Shown here piece after piece: positions 45,790 to 59,744 of a stretch of DNA of 64,000 bases. Origin of the DNA: the human T2T-CHM13v2.0 reference genome, Homo sapiens; NCBI GenBank assembly GCA_009914755.4, contig CP086569.2, positions 13,216,001 to 13,280,000 on the forward strand. The letters are read 5' to 3'. Every line of letters starts with the position of its first letter. The first letter of the stretch is position 1. The notes below the pieces were generated by a model. The model had not been told where the DNA came from. It saw nothing but the letters and a program-made list of their open reading frames with translations, and did not search any database. A program made the translations under genes and the position numbers.

Positions 45790-48700
45790 GGGTTAGTTAC
45801 ATTGGGTTTTAAGATACCTAAGTTTGACAGAAGCTATGCGTTGTTTTACAAATTTAAGAAACTAATTTTAATATATAATGGTTGGAAGACTAAACAAGAG
45901 AAGGAGAAAAAGGGTTCTGCCAATCCAGTAATTAGGGTAGTTAGTCATAGATTACAGTTAAACATGCTTTGTACTAGGGGGTGTCATGAATGTAAGCATT
46001 CCTTTCTACTTTTAGAGCCATTGGGGTGGTAAGGATGACAGTATGAGGTCTTTTCTAAGCAGGAGTCCTTCTTTCTGGAACTTTTTAACGAACACCAGGT
46101 CACCTGGCTGGAACGAGTGGCAGGGCCCCATCTGATCAGGAACTGGATTGGGATGAGCTCTCAGTCCAAGTGGCTGGATGATATCTTGCACCTTTTGGAG
46201 AGACTGTAGGTAATGTAATAAATTAGCTTGTGAGATTTCTGCTAAATGGGTATCTTTTAGCTTAGGCAAGATCGGCGGAACCCTCTTATATATGATTTTA
46301 AAAGGTGAAAACCTAGCCTGGTAGGAAGTTCATCTTACTTTAAGAAGGACTAAAGAAGGAGCCTTACCTAATCTTCACCAGTCTTTAAGATTAACTTTGT
46401 AAAAGTATTTTTAGGGTGTGGTTTATGCATTCTACCTGTGCAGAGCTCTGAGTTCTTACTGACTGACTGAGGTATGGACAAGGTGAAGGCTGGTCTATTA
46501 TCAGACCTTATGGCAGCAGGCAGCCTATGTCAAAGGATGATTTCATCGAGTAAAAACCTAGCTACTGTGGTGGCAGTCTCGTTTTTGGGGGCAAATGCCT
46601 CAGTCCATCCAGAAAATGTATCTGCTAGTACCAAAAGGTATTTCTACTTAGTCCAGTGTGGTTTTATTTCTGTAAAGTCAATTTCCTACCTTTTTCCTGG
46701 CGAGTTTCCCCGGAGGCAGTGCCCTGAGATGGGTTTAGGACCTTGCTTGGCATTTACTTGAGCACAAGCCATACACCAGAGAGCTGCTTGGTTTGCAGAG
46801 TTCTGAAGGCGAAGGGATCTTGAAATGGCTCCTTAGGAGCTGGGCCAGTTTTACTCCTCTTAAATGGGTGGTAGAATGAAGACGACTGATTAAAGTTTCC
46901 TTGAGAGCTCGGGGTATGAAGATTCTGGAATCAGGAAGAATCCACCAACCTTCCTGATTTTAATTGGCCTGAAGATCTGAAGCTTGTTTCTTTTTTTTTC
47001 TGGGGCTGCCAAGTTAGGTTGCGGAAAGGACACAGCGGACAGCAGGGTTAAAGGCATGACAGGGAGCCATGCTGCCTTTCGAGTTACAGAATCTGCTCTT
47101 TGGTTCCCATGGGCAATGGCCAAGTCTTCCTTTTGATGTCCTTTGCAGTGAATTACAGCCACCTGCTTCAAGCAGGGCTAAAATTTCTTCTTTGTTTTTG
47201 ACAATCTTTCCTGCTGAAGTAAGTAGCCCGCATTCTTGATAGACGGCTCCAAGTACATGTACAGTAGCAAAAGCATACCTGCTGTCAGTATAAATATTAA
47301 TACATTTGTCCTTAACCCATCAGACAGCCTGAGTGAGGGCGATCAATTCAGCCTTCTGTGCCGAGGTACCTGCTGGCAACACCTGGGACCACAGCACATC
47401 TGTCTCCGTAGTAAAGGCTGCACCAATCTTTTGTACTCCCTGTTCGAGGAAGCTGCTACCATCTATAAACATGGTATATGTTTATAGGGGCATATCTTGG
47501 AGATCAGTTCAGCCAGTTTCTGTAGTTTCTAACAGTTCCTGGCAGTCACGGACAGGTGTAGTGAAGTTTGGATCAGGGAGGAAAGCAGCTGGATTTAAAC
47601 ACCTTATGGAAGAGAAAGTCAAAAGAGGCTGATCTAACAGTAAACTCTGATACTGCAGGATGCGAGCATTTGACATCCATTTGCCAGAAGCACTTGGTAG
47701 CAAAATCTCTATGGCGTGAGGAGCCATGAGGGTGAAGTTTTGGCCCAGAGTCAATTTATTAGCCTCCTGGACTAGGCTTGCTGTGGCCACTACGGCTCAC
47801 AGACAAGTTGGCCATCCAGCGGCCACAGGGTCCAGTCTCTTAGACAAATAGGCTACTGGGCATCTCCAGGGTCCTAAAGTCTGAGTGAGCACCCCCTTAG
47901 CAACTCCCTGGCTTTCGTGAATAAAAGGTGAAATGGTTTTGAGATATTAGGGAGGGCTAGAGTGGGGGCCTCAGTTAATGCCTTTTTCAGGTTTTTGAAA
48001 GCCTATTCTTTGGTGTCAGTCCATACTAGTGGGCCATTCCTTCCAGTAGCAGTGTACAGGGGCTTGGCAATCTCTGCGGACCTTAATATCCACAGGCGAC
48101 AGTATCTTATGGCCCCCAGAAATTCACGTACCTGTCTCTTGGTGGGAGTGGGGATTTGTGGGATGGCTTCCTTACAAGCACTGATAAGTGCCCTTTTTCC
48201 TCTGTTTATCTCATACCCTAGGTAGGAGACTCTGGGAAGACAAAGCTGGGATTTTTGGCTGAGACTTGATACCTGAGTTCCTGAAGGAGGTAAAATAGGT
48301 CCTTAGTGTGTTGCAGGCAACTGTCAGTAGTTTCAGTACCTAATAAAAGGTCATCTGTGTACTGAAGAAGAGTACAATTAGGGTTCTGGCTTGAAATGGT
48401 ATAAGATCCTGTTGAAGGGCTTCCTTAAAAAGGGTGGGGGAATTTTTAAAACCTTGAGGTAACTGAGTCCAGGTCAATTGGGTGGTGTTTCCTGAGCCAG
48501 GATCTGTCCATTCAAAAGCAAAGATAGGTTGGCTTTTGGGGGCCAGAGGAATAGCAAAGAAAGCATCTTTTAAGTCAAGGACAGTGCAAATTGTGTGTTC
48601 TGGTGGAAGCAGTCTGAGTAAAGTATAAGGGTTAGGGACAGTTGGGTGGACAGTGACTATCTGTCTGTTAACTTCCGTTAAGTCCTGTACAGGCCAGTAA

Positions 48701-51700
48701 TCATTTGTTCTGGGTTTTTGGACCGGAAAAAATGGAGTATTCCAGATGGACTGGCAATGGTGTGAGTATGCCAGTTTGTAACAGTTGCTGAATATGGGGG
48801 TTGATTCTCTCCCTAGCCTGCTGACTCACAGACTATTGCTTCACCTGGACTGGCAAGGTGGTGGCCAGGAGTTCTACTACCACTGGTGGATGGTGCTTAG
48901 CCCGTCCTGGGGGGATTGGCTCAGCCCAGACTCAAGGAAAGAGAGTCTGTAATTCCAGTAGGAGAGGATTAGTTTTATTTTCTGGTGGTTTTGGAGGTGA
49001 AACTAACAGATATTCTTCTGACAGAGGGGTGGTTAACAGGAGCTGAGCAATAGGGGGCATTGTGTCCCCTAACATGAGGTGAGCTTGTTGGGCCGAGAAG
49101 GAAATAGATGCCTACAGCTTGTGGAACAGGTCTCATCCTAGGAGGGGAAAAGGACACTCTGGGACCAAGAGGAATGAGTGAGTTGCTCTTTTCTGTCCCA
49201 AACTCACCTCTTATGACTGGGTGACAGGATATTCCTGAATAACTCCAGTAGCTCCCTGTACAACCACTTTCCTATTACAGACACTGCCTAGGGGCATCTG
49301 CAGTACTGAGTGTTCCGCCCTGGTGTCAATTAGGAAGTGTACAGGCTGGCGCCCTACTATGGCGGTCACCATGGGCTCCCGAGGGCCAAGTGTAAAGGAG
49401 CCCTGGTCCCATCAATCATCAGAGTCCTCCGCAGCAGGGAGGGTGAGGACTTTTTTGTCTTCTGGTTTTTCCTCTGGTCTTAATGGGCATTCCTTTTTCC
49501 AGTTTCCTATCTGCTTGCAATAAGCACATTGGTTTTTCTTTGAAGGGAACCCTGGTCACTTTTCTGGCTTTTCTAGCATGGACCCAGGGCCCCCTGGCTA
49601 GTGTTCTGTGATGGGGGCCTTTCCTTTCTGGCTTCCTGGATGGCCGCCACTAAGATTTTCGCTTGTCTTTCTGATGCTTTGTCAGCAGCCTTGTCAGCTG
49701 CCTCAGCTGCCTGTTTTTGCTTTTTAAACTCTTGATTGTCAAAAACTTTTTGGGCTATTTCTAAAAGTTGACTGATATTCATCCCAGCAAATCCTTCCAG
49801 TTTTTGTAGGTTTCTTTTAATATTAGGGGCTGCCTGAACCACAAATGCTAAATTAAGAGCACAGCTATTTTCAGGAGACTCCGGGTCAGAAAGGGTGTAA
49901 GTCTGATAGGCCTCCTGGAGGCATTCTAAAACGTTCACAGTGACTCATCAGGCCCCTAGACAACTTCAGTCATCTTAGACAAGTTTACGGGTTTCCAAGC
50001 GGCTCACTTGATACCCACAAGGAGATACCGGTGAAAATCGTCTAAAGATCTCTTCCCACCTGAGGAGTTTGGGTCCTAATTAGGCCGGGTAGAAGGAAAA
50101 ACTTCCTTAAGGAGGCCTCTAGCTTCCACTTCTGGCCTATTGGCTGATGTGAGGAAATACTTACTGGCCTCTCTTTGGATCTGTTCCTTCTCTTCAGCGT
50201 TGAAAAGGGTCAAAAGGAGCTGCTGACAGTCATCCCAGGTGGGCCAATGGGTCCAGAGCATGGACTCCATCAGTGAGGTCAAGACCTGGGGCTTTTCAGA
50301 AAAGGGGGGTTTATAATCTTTCCCATTATACAGCTCAGAAGTAGAAAAGGGGACATAAACTAAGAATGGAGCTAAGTGCTCATCACCCAAAGGGACTTGT
50401 GCCTCTCTCAGTGGGAGGAGGAGGGCTACCTCCTCCTGCCATGGCCGCAATCTAGAGGCAACAGGCGGACAGCCCACAGGGGACATCCTCGAGGAGACAA
50501 GGGAAGATTCTAAAGGAGCAAGAGGGTTATAAGCTGGTGGAACTGGGTGAAGAAGATTCTCTTCTTCTTCAGAAGGAAGCAGAATAGGAGGAGCCGAGCC
50601 AGCTGAGGGTTGAGGCAAAAGTGAGGTCTGGCTCAAAAGGAACTTAGAGGTAGAATTATGAATGATGCATTAGCGGAGCCATGGAGGAGGGCTCCTGACC
50701 AAACTCAGCCACTGATCAATGTATGGAAACTGATCTGGGTGACCAGGAGTTCCAGCAACAACCCGCCACACAGCCTGAACAACTGCGAGCTTCAGTGACC
50801 CTTCTGGGGGCCACCCAGCTCCAAAATTTGGCCATTCTGCTTCACAGAGTGTCCAGAGTTTGCCTTTTTTAAGGCAGACCCCATAATCCTCTGAGAAGCC
50901 TAGAGAAAATTTTTGTAACATACATTGGAGAGGGCTCAAATCTTTATGAGGCCGGGAAGAAGAGTATCCTATTCTGGGGCAGTTTAACAAGGTTTGAGCA
51001 GAGATAATAAACCCAGCACTGACAGAGAAATTCATGACCTGGGGGGTTGTAGCATCAGAAGAACAGAAATAATATGGCTAAAAGAAGCAGGAAAACAGCT
51101 ATTGCCAGTGCTTCCTGCTACATGAGTTCTGTCCTTTTAAGCTTTGAGATTTAGGGAGAAGACAAGAGGTGGGTCCGAGGCTGGTGGGACCTACATGATT
51201 TCCCTCTGCCTTTTGACTTACAGCCTAAATATCTTTGGTGTCTCCACGACTGAAAGGCAAATAGTTCAAACTCAGCCTTTTCTTTTAAGGGTTTGAGGAG
51301 GGAGAGCAGAGCTAAGTCTTGGAGGTGCTGGACTTGCTGTGACACAGGAAAACGAGATGTGCAGGGCAAGGGATGGGGATGAGGAGAAAAGGGGCCACTC
51401 AGATCCTTTCAGGCTGAGAGGAGCCATGCTGGGCAGTGCTGGTTTGCCAGGATGACTCTGCGGTCCCCGGCCCCACCTCCAGGCCCCATCAGGCGCTGCA
51501 AGCCTAGCTTAGAAGCCTGGCCCAGGGCCAAGGCTACCATAGCAGGCTGGGTGCCTGCATTCTGAGCTGGGTGTGGAAGCACTGGGGCTCGGGGAAGTTG
51601 GCGGCTTTGATGCCTGAAGGCGTAGGAGCCGGGCACCTGAGGGGTCCCCTTGGGGAGGGGGTCCGGCACTGTCACCTCCTACTCTTTGCCTGTGGGTCAG

Positions 51701-53655
51701 GAGCCCCTGCCAGAGGGGAAGGAGGCTGTTTCTTTTGTGTACTGGTGGAAGCATGCCTGGCCCCTGGGCCCAGCAACCTGAAGACACACACCTGAGACCT
51801 CCTGTGTTAGAAAATCTGTACTCAGGACTTTGAAGAAGTCCTTACCCAGTCGTCTTGGGCAATATTGATGACCTGACATATGAAACTTAGACAAACACTA
51901 AACGGGACAATAAACACCAAACACAACAATAGACACAAAACAGGCAATAAACACAAATCAGGCAATAGACCCTAGGGTATATAAACAATTATGGAAGTTT
52001 TTATAGACAGACAAAGGGGAGGGGGTCCCGTGATGGGATCAGTCAGATGCCCGCCTGGCCACTCCCCCTGAGGGGACTTACGCTCCTCTTAGCATTTGCA
52101 GGCCGGTATAAACCCCTGGCTCAGATCCAGCTATGCCCGATGCTGCCTTAAGCCTTATGAGGTCACCACGGAACTGCAGGTGAGGGCCCACTTGAACTCC
52201 ATAGCTTTCGCTGTGGAGCTACAAACTGGAGATTCAAGGGCAAGCCTTTGAATTCCACATTCATGCACACATTCACACAGAGTTTATAACAATTTTTCTT
52301 ATTCCCGTTCTAAACAGAGGTCTCCGGGAGACCTGAACGAGAGAAAGAGAAGAGATAGAAAAAGGGGGAGGGGGAGAGAGAAAAAAAAAGAGGGGGAGAG
52401 ACTGAGAGACTAGTCTTAATGGAGAGGCCGGCCTGCCAGAAACCAGGACTCTGTCCTCCAACATCCTGGAATATGGACAGAGTCAAAGAGAAATGCCCTC
52501 ATCAGGGACAGTTCCCGCTCACCAAACCAGAACCAAAGGTGCCTAACAGAAAACCAAGGCTCTGTCCTCCAGTGTCCTGGAATGGGGGCAGAGTCAAAGA
52601 GAGAGACACCCTTATCAGGGCCACTTCCCTCTCACCAAACCAGAGTCAGAGCTGACTTACATTCCTGAGACCAGAAACTGAGGACTCAGAAGTTGAATTT
52701 TGTGGGCACACTCCAGTGGTCGATCCGTTCTCCTCCGGAAGACGGAGTCTTATGGGGCCCTGGGACATCTTCAGGTGGTGCCTCCCCTATAAGTCCACCG
52801 TATGGGGGAGGCTGGAATGAGTCCAGCTCTCACCTGGTGGCAAATATCTCGCTGGGGTCTCCAAATATTGTAACCAAGTGAGTTATAGAGAAACGCCACA
52901 CTTTGAGACTAATTAAAGAGACCTTTATTAGCTGGCGACTGAGAGATGGCTAATGCTCGAAATTCCCTCAGCCCTGAAGAAGGGGCTAGATTTTCTTTTA
53001 TACTGTGGTTTAGAGAGGGGAGGGGGAATTGAGCTGAAGCAATCTTACAGAAGTAAAACAGGCAAAAAAGTTGAAAAGACACATGGTTACAGGAAAACAA
53101 ACAGTTCCAGGTGCAGGGGCTTTAAACTCATCACAAGGTGATAGGTGCGGGGGCTCTGGGTGCTATCTGCCAGACACAAAAGCGGGGCCTTAGGGTACTA
53201 TCACCCAGGTGAATTCCTGGGAACTGTGGACATAGCTTGCCACCTTACCTTATCAGTTAATTGCACTCTTTGATGTGCTAAGTGTCAGCTTGCACAAGTT
53301 AAGTCCTTGAGGAAGGGGGTGGGTAACGAGCCCTTAATGTCTTGCAAATGAAGGAGCCAAATGGAATCCATCCAGCTTTTTCAGCTAAGAGAGAGTCAAT
53401 AAAGTTAATACAAGTTAGGGTATCAGACATCTGCATCTCGCTATTGAGTCACAGGAAATAGCAGTCTGACCCTCGTTTGGTCTGGGGACACAAGTGCAGG
53501 AATTCAGGCCAAGATAATAACCTCCCATAAAGATGAATGTCTTAATTTAGTTAAGAAGGTCGGAAGACCTTCACCTTCCCAGCAAGCCGCCTTGAAATGC
53601 CTACTTCCTGTGCCAAATTGTAGATAGTCATTTCTGTGTTTTGCTTTTCTCTCCA
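45790..53655 (-). mobile_element. second class I (gamma-like) provirus remnant, minus strand, 3'-truncated: pol 46012-49570, gag 49573-51035, leader, PBS about 52151-52168 (TGGTGACCTCATAAGGCT on the minus strand), 5' LTR from 52175 rightwards
   Basis: Minus ORFs: IN C-term ..QPGDLVFVKKF (46012-46269). RNase H/IN ..VIHCKGHQKEDLAIAHGNQRAD (46890-47171). pol MATASLVQEANKLTLGQNF.. (47509-47790), homologous to provirus-1 7926-8246. gag CA (49573-49938). gag PPAY late domain (50076-50636). gag MA (50670-51035). On the minus strand ..CTGCA GTTCCG TGGTGACC.. mirrors the LTR-end and PBS layout of provirus 1. Confidence 0.7.
52435..52650. repeat. two tandem about 105-bp repeats inside the putative U3 of the provirus-2 LTR
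   Basis: ..aaccaggactctgtcctccaacatcctggaatatggacagagtcaaagagaaatgccctcatcagggacagttcccgctcaccaaaccagaacca.. repeated. Confidence 0.7.
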
Positions 53656-53656
53656 G

Positions 53657-53806
53657 GGAATCTTTGCCGGTGCTACTGTTTTTATGCTTGCTTCTGAAGA
53701 CGTGTGAACCTAAAACTGCAAATGCCTTTAAACCAAATATCCTACTGATCATGGCGGATGATCTAGGCATTGGGGATCTCGGTTGCTATGGGAACAATAC
53801 ACTGAG
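53657..53806 (+). CDS. ARSD-like arylsulfatase exon (signal peptide and start of sulfatase domain): ESLPVLLFLCLLLKTCEPKTANAFKPNILLIMADDLGIGDLGCYGNNTLR
   Basis: Acceptor-like ctctccag|GG at 53655-56, donor CTGAG|gtacag at 53807-08. DDLGIGD metal-binding motif of the sulfatase N-terminus. No ATG in this exon. Confidence 0.75.
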
Positions 53807-54029
53807 GTACAGTTGGTTGTTGCTATTGGTGATGATGTGATGTGAGTTTGAAGGAATAGTGCATTTAAAATCTGCCTGGAGAAATTAGGAAACTCCTTAG
53901 GGCCTCAGAACTCAACAAAAAACTACCAACAGGTAAAAAGGCCCTTTTAAACGCTGCAGAACTGCGGTGAGGGGGTGAATGTATTACTACCACAAAATGG
54001 GTAGCTTAAAACAACAGAAATTTGTTCTC

Positions 54030-54780
54030 CCAGGTCTGGAGACCAGAAATCTTAAATCCAGGTGTGGGCAGGGCCGGGCTCCCTCGGGGGGCCCTATGGG
54101 AGGATCCTTCCGGACTTTCCCAGCTCCTGGGGGCTCCAGGTGTCCCTGAGCTTGTGGCCGCATCACTACAGTCTCTGCCTCCATCTCCACGGGGCCTTCT
54201 CCTCTGTGTCTGTGTCCTAATCTCCTCATCCTATAAGGACACCGGCCATTGCAGCAAGGCCTGCCCACTGTAAAGATCTCATCTTCTGTTGATTACATTT
54301 GCAAACAACGTCTGTTGTGGGCTGAATTCTGGCCTCCTCCAAATTTGTAGGTTGAAGCCCTAACCACCAGTACTTCAGGGTGTGACCGTATTCAGAGATG
54401 GGGTCTTTGAAGAGGTAATTAAGTTAAACTGAGGTCCTTAGGGTGAGCCCTAATCTGATATGGATTACTAAAAGAGGAGATTAAGACACCAACAGAGCTC
54501 CCTGAGAGGCTGTAGGGGAGGACCCTTCCTGACTCTCCCAGCTCCTGGGGGCTCCAGGCATCTCTGGCTTTGTGGCCACATCACTCCAGTTTGTGCCTCC
54601 GTCCCCACGTGGCCTTCTCCCCTGTGTCTGTGTCTCCTCCTCTGTCTCTCAGAAGGACACTGGTCATTGCATCTAGGGCCCTCTCTAAACCAGGATGATC
54701 CCATCTCAGGGTACCTAACTAATAAGGTCTCACGCACAGGTTTGTGGAGTCAGCACATGGACAGATCGGTTTGCAGACCC
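54030..54780 (+). repeat. about 1.5 tandem copies of the same ancient interspersed repeat as 29815-30960
   Basis: ..gggaggatccttcc..cttgtggccgcatcactacagtctctgcctccatctccac..ctcatcctataaggacaccggccattgcagcaaggcctgcccac.. then second ..gggaggacccttcc.. at about 54515. Confidence 0.7.
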
Positions 54781-55051
54781 CCATTCAGCCCACTGCAGTG
54801 GCATGTGCAAACACAGAGTAGTAGCCTCTATGCCAGCCTTACCAGCAGAGCGCTTGAGTGGTGCTCACATGCTTTCTGCAACAGGAGAAAAGGTGAGAAA
54901 CCTCCTTATTCATTTGGTGGGCTTTTAGAAGGACTGCCTCAGAATGCAGGCTGCATCTGCTTTTTAAAAGATGCCAACCTCAGGAGCAGTTGCCGCAGAG
55001 CAGGGCCTCCCTTCTTTGTAGAGGACAATGCAGCACCTGCAGCAGTCTGCC

Positions 55052-55370
55052 CTGTGGGGGCTGGGAGGGTGGCTCCCGCATGTCATCCCAGCACCTTGGG
55101 AGGCCAAGGAAGGTGGATCACTTGAGCCCAGGTGTTTGAGACCAGCCTGGGCAACATGGCAAAACCCTGTCTCTATGAAATACACAAAAAATTTGCCAAG
55201 CATGGTGGTGCATGCCTGTAGTCCCAGCTACTCAGGAAGCTGAGAGTGGAGGATGGCTTGAGCCCGGGAGGTGGAGGTTATGGTGAGCTGAGGTTGCGCC
55301 ACTGCATTCTAGCCTGGGCCACAGAGCAAGACCCTGTCTCTAAATCAATCAATCAATCAATCTGCCCCTT
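55052..55370 (+). mobile_element. Alu SINE with (CAAT)n tail
   Basis: canonical. Confidence 0.85.
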
Positions 55371-55559
55371 GTCCAGGGATCCCCTTTCGAACACCCTGAG
55401 CAAGCCTGGTTGTAATTCACAGAACATGCAGTTCATCTGTTTACAGTGTACAGTTCAGGGACTTTTATTCTATTCATGGAGCTGTGCATCTGTCACCACA
55501 AACCATGTTAGAGCATTTGCATACCCCCAAAGAAACTCTGCATCCCCTTAGCCATCACC

Positions 55560-55880
55560 TCCAGCGAGGAGCGAATCTGTGTCCCCTAAACACCTACATC
55601 GAAGTCCTGACCCCCAGGACCTCAGACTGTGACTCTATTTGGAGACTGAGTCTTTAGAGACGTGATTCAGGTAAAATGAGGTCACTAGGGTGGGCCCTGA
55701 TCCAATAGGACTAGGGTCCTCATAAGAAGAGGAGATAAGGACACAGACACACATAGAGCAATGACCACCTGAGGACACAGGGAGAAGATGGTGTCTACGA
55801 GCCCAGGATGGTGGCCTCAGGAGGAACCAGCCCTGCCCATGCTTGATCTCAGACTTCCAGCTCCCAGAAATGTGAGAGAA
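55560..55880 (-). repeat. ancient interspersed repeat copy (same family, opposite orientation)
   Basis: ..ggtcactagggtgggccctgatccaataggactagggtcctcataagaagaggagataaggacacagacac..cagctcccagaaatgtgagagaataaatgtc. Confidence 0.65.
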
Positions 55881-55929
55881 TAAATGTCTACTGGGTTTGT
55901 TTTTCTGTTTTATTTTGTTTTGTTTTTTT

Positions 55930-56838
<909 letters not shown>

Positions 56839-57129
56839 TCACTGTTTTTTGATATCTGATGCTGAAAGCTTTTAGGCCTCTTCTCTCTGTGTTCCCCATC
56901 TGGACAAGCAGATAAGAAAGCACAGGGAATGTCTACTTTGGTGCTGATGGCAGATTCAGACCATAAACGCCCCCACCCTTGCATGGGAACTCTCATCCAA
57001 TCCCCACACCCTCACAGCAATTAAAAACATAAATCTCCTTTCTTTGCTTCCTTATTTCACATGAGCTTGGAAGGTCTGCACTGCTCTCCCTAGAAAGCCT
57101 CATAATGTTTGTCATAAGTTGTCTCATGT

Positions 57130-57182
57130 ACTCTGTGTGTGTGTGTTGGTGTGTGTGTGGGTGTGTGTGTGTGTGTGTGTGA
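57130..57182. repeat. (GT)n microsatellite
   Basis: gtgtgtgtgtgttggtgtgtgtgtgggtgtgtgtgtgtgtgtgtgtg. Confidence 0.9.
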
Positions 57183-57373
57183 CGTCACCCATCTCAACAT
57201 CAACACCAAACTTAGGATAGCGGTCAATCTGCCTCTACAGGAGGCCATAATGCAACTAATTCTGAAATCCAGTGAAGTCTTCACAGTCTATTCCTGTGCC
57301 TTTCAGAGCAGGGATCTGCTTAAGCCAAATGCATGTCTCCCTTCCAGCAATGACATTTGTGTGCTTTGCCCAG

Positions 57374-57495
57374 AATGCCAAATATTGACCAGCTTGCAGA
57401 GGAAGGTGTGAGGCTCACTCAGCACCTGGCGGCCACCCTGCTCTGCACCCCAAGCCGAGCTGCATTCCTCATGGGGAGACATTCTTTCAGGTCAG
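57374..57495 (+). CDS. ARSD-like arylsulfatase exon carrying the sulfatase signature: (R)[41 protein letters not shown]
   Basis: Acceptor cccag|A at 57372-73. [12 protein letters not shown] formylglycine motif. Donor CAG|gttggt. Frame continuous with the 53657-53806 exon (AG+A = Arg). Confidence 0.8.
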
Positions 57496-57814
57496 GTTGG
57501 TGTCATGGAGATGATGGAAGAATGGGCACATCTGTGTGCACTCATTCTATCATCTGTAACAGTTGAGTACTGATGGTGAAGATATAGGGGCAATGGTACA
57601 AAGATTATCTGCAATTCATCCTCTTCCCTATATTTATGTAAGGAATATTGTATTGTGTGCATACACATAAAAGTTGTGATCATTAGGATGTGAACAGAAA
57701 AGCCAAGGTCTGTTGAATATTTTAAAGAGGTTTATTCTGGAGCCAGTATGACTGATCACAAGACCAAGTGTGTCTTAGAGAGAGCAAAGTTTCCCCAAGT
57801 TGAGAAGCATTGTG

Positions 57815-58512
57815 AGATAGATAGATAGACAGATAGACAGACAGATAGATAGATAATTGATAGCTAGATACATGCTAGATGGATGATAATGGTAGATGAT
57901 GGATAATTGATAGATAAATATCTAGATGATGATGATACATAATGATAGATGATTGATAATGACATGATAGGTGATTGATAGCTAGACAGCTAGATAACAG
58001 GTGATTATAATGATAGATGATAGAGAAGTGATAGATGATAATGATAGCTGATTGATAGCTAGATGAGTAATGATAATGATATATAAGAGATACATAGATG
58101 GATAGATATAGATGATAGATGATGGATACATATTGGGATAGATAGGTGATAGGTAAACAGATAGATAGCATATGAGAGATCACATAGAGTCTGTCATCCT
58201 AAGGTAGGGTGTCTCTGTTTTGGCATGATGGACATTTGGGGCTAGAAAATTCTCTATGGTGAGGCCGTTCTGTGCACTGTATGTAGGGTCTTGAACAGCA
58301 TACGTGGGCTCCACACACCTGATATGAGTAGCACCACACCCCACTCTTTCTGAGTTGTGACACCACAAACATCTTCAGACATTGGCCATGCTTATTATTT
58401 TGAGAATAGTATGATAGGTAGGTAGGTAGGTAGGTAGGTAGGTAGGTAGATAGATGACAGATGATAGATGGGTAGATAAGTGATAGCTCCATACATGATA
58501 GATGGATGATAG
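57815..58512. repeat. (GATA)n/(GATG)n-derived degenerate minisatellite (57815-58190) and (GGTA)n (58403-58512)
   Basis: read directly. Repeat-translation ORFs are rich in Y, L, S, I, H. Confidence 0.85.
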
Positions 58513-58630
58513 ATAACAGCAGCTTGGCTCGGCTGCGCAAATCCAGATCTCAGACACCAAATCCCCATAGTTGAGAAGTCCTCCTCTAGAGAAGGGAAAG
58601 TAAATTCTTACTCTCTTCCCTGCCCCACAG

Positions 58631-58752
58631 GCATGGACGCCAGCAATGGATACTGGGCCCTTCAGTGGAATGCAGGCTCAGGTGGCTCCCTGAGAACGAA
58701 ACCACTTTTGCAAGAATCTTGCAGCACCGCGACTATGCAACTGGCCTCATAA
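58631..58752 (+). pseudogene. ARSD-like arylsulfatase exon with an internal 1-bp deletion frameshift: MDASNGYWALQWNAGSGG / (frame shift) / LPENETTFARILQHRDYATGLI
   Basis: Acceptor ccccacag|G at 58629-30, frame continuous with the previous exon (G+GC = Gly). The conserved N-glycosylation region NETTF is only readable after shifting frame at about 58686 (ggtggc-tccctgag). ORF track shows the two halves in different frames. Confidence 0.7.
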
Positions 58753-58821
58753 GTGTGGATATGTGGGAGCCTTATATTATATGGTGGTTGAGAAGATTCA
58801 TGATAAAAAAGATCCCAGTCT

Positions 58822-59490
58822 GGGTGCAGTGGCTCATGCCCGTAATCCCAGCACTTTGGGAAGATGAGGTGGGCAGATCACGAGGTCAGGAGTTCAAGAT
58901 CAGCGTGACCAACATGGTGAAACCCTGTCTCTACTAAAAATACAAAAATTAGCTGTGCGTGGTGGCGCACACCTGTAATCCCATCTACTCAGGAGGCTGA
59001 GGCAGAAGAATCACTTGAACCCGGGAGACAGAGGTTTCAGGGAGCTGAGATCGCACCACTGCACTCCAGTCTAGGCAACAGAGCAAGACTCTGTCTCAAA
59101 AAAATAATAATAATAAAATAATAAAAATAATCCTGTTTTCCCTCAAAGGAAAACAATCCTGTCTCCTCTGAATCAGAAGTTGGTGCCCAGGGGGCCAGGT
59201 GCGGTGGCTCATGCCTGTAATCCCAGCACTGTGGAAGGCTGCGGCGGGCAGATCATGAGGGCAGGATATTGAGACCATCCTGGCTAACACAGTGAAACCC
59301 CGTCTCTACTAAAAAAAAGGCAAAAAATTAGCCAGCCACGGTGGTGGGTGCCTGTAGTCCCAGGTACTCAGGAGGCTGAGGCAGGAGAATGGCATGAACC
59401 CAGGAGGAAGAGCTTGCAGGGAGCCGAGATTGTGCCACTGCACTCCAGCCTGGGCGACAAAGCGAGACTCCGTCTCAAAAAAAAAAAAAA
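58822..59490 (+). mobile_element. two plus-strand Alu elements (58822-59125, 59197-59490)
   Basis: canonical. Confidence 0.9.
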
Positions 59491-59744
59491 AAGAAGTTGG
59501 TGCCTGGTCCGTCTCATACCTATTGGATTGTTCCCAGTTTTTTTGAGTTTTTTTCTTTTTAAATTCCAAATCCTAGGAGATTGCCCTCTTTTCTTCTCTA
59601 GACCTATCAGTCTTCAGCTTGTCCCCATTTATCATGACCTTCTTCAGACATTATCTTTCTCTACATGTTCACTCATCATCTCAAAACCCCCAGAGTTAAC
59701 AAACACTGCCTTCCTTTAGACAACAAGCCCCAGCAGGGGCACAA

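Noticed and set aside
57875-58560. Several 60-113 aa ORFs (minus strand) rich in Y, L, S, H, I
   Set aside because: Translations of GATA and GGTA minisatellites.
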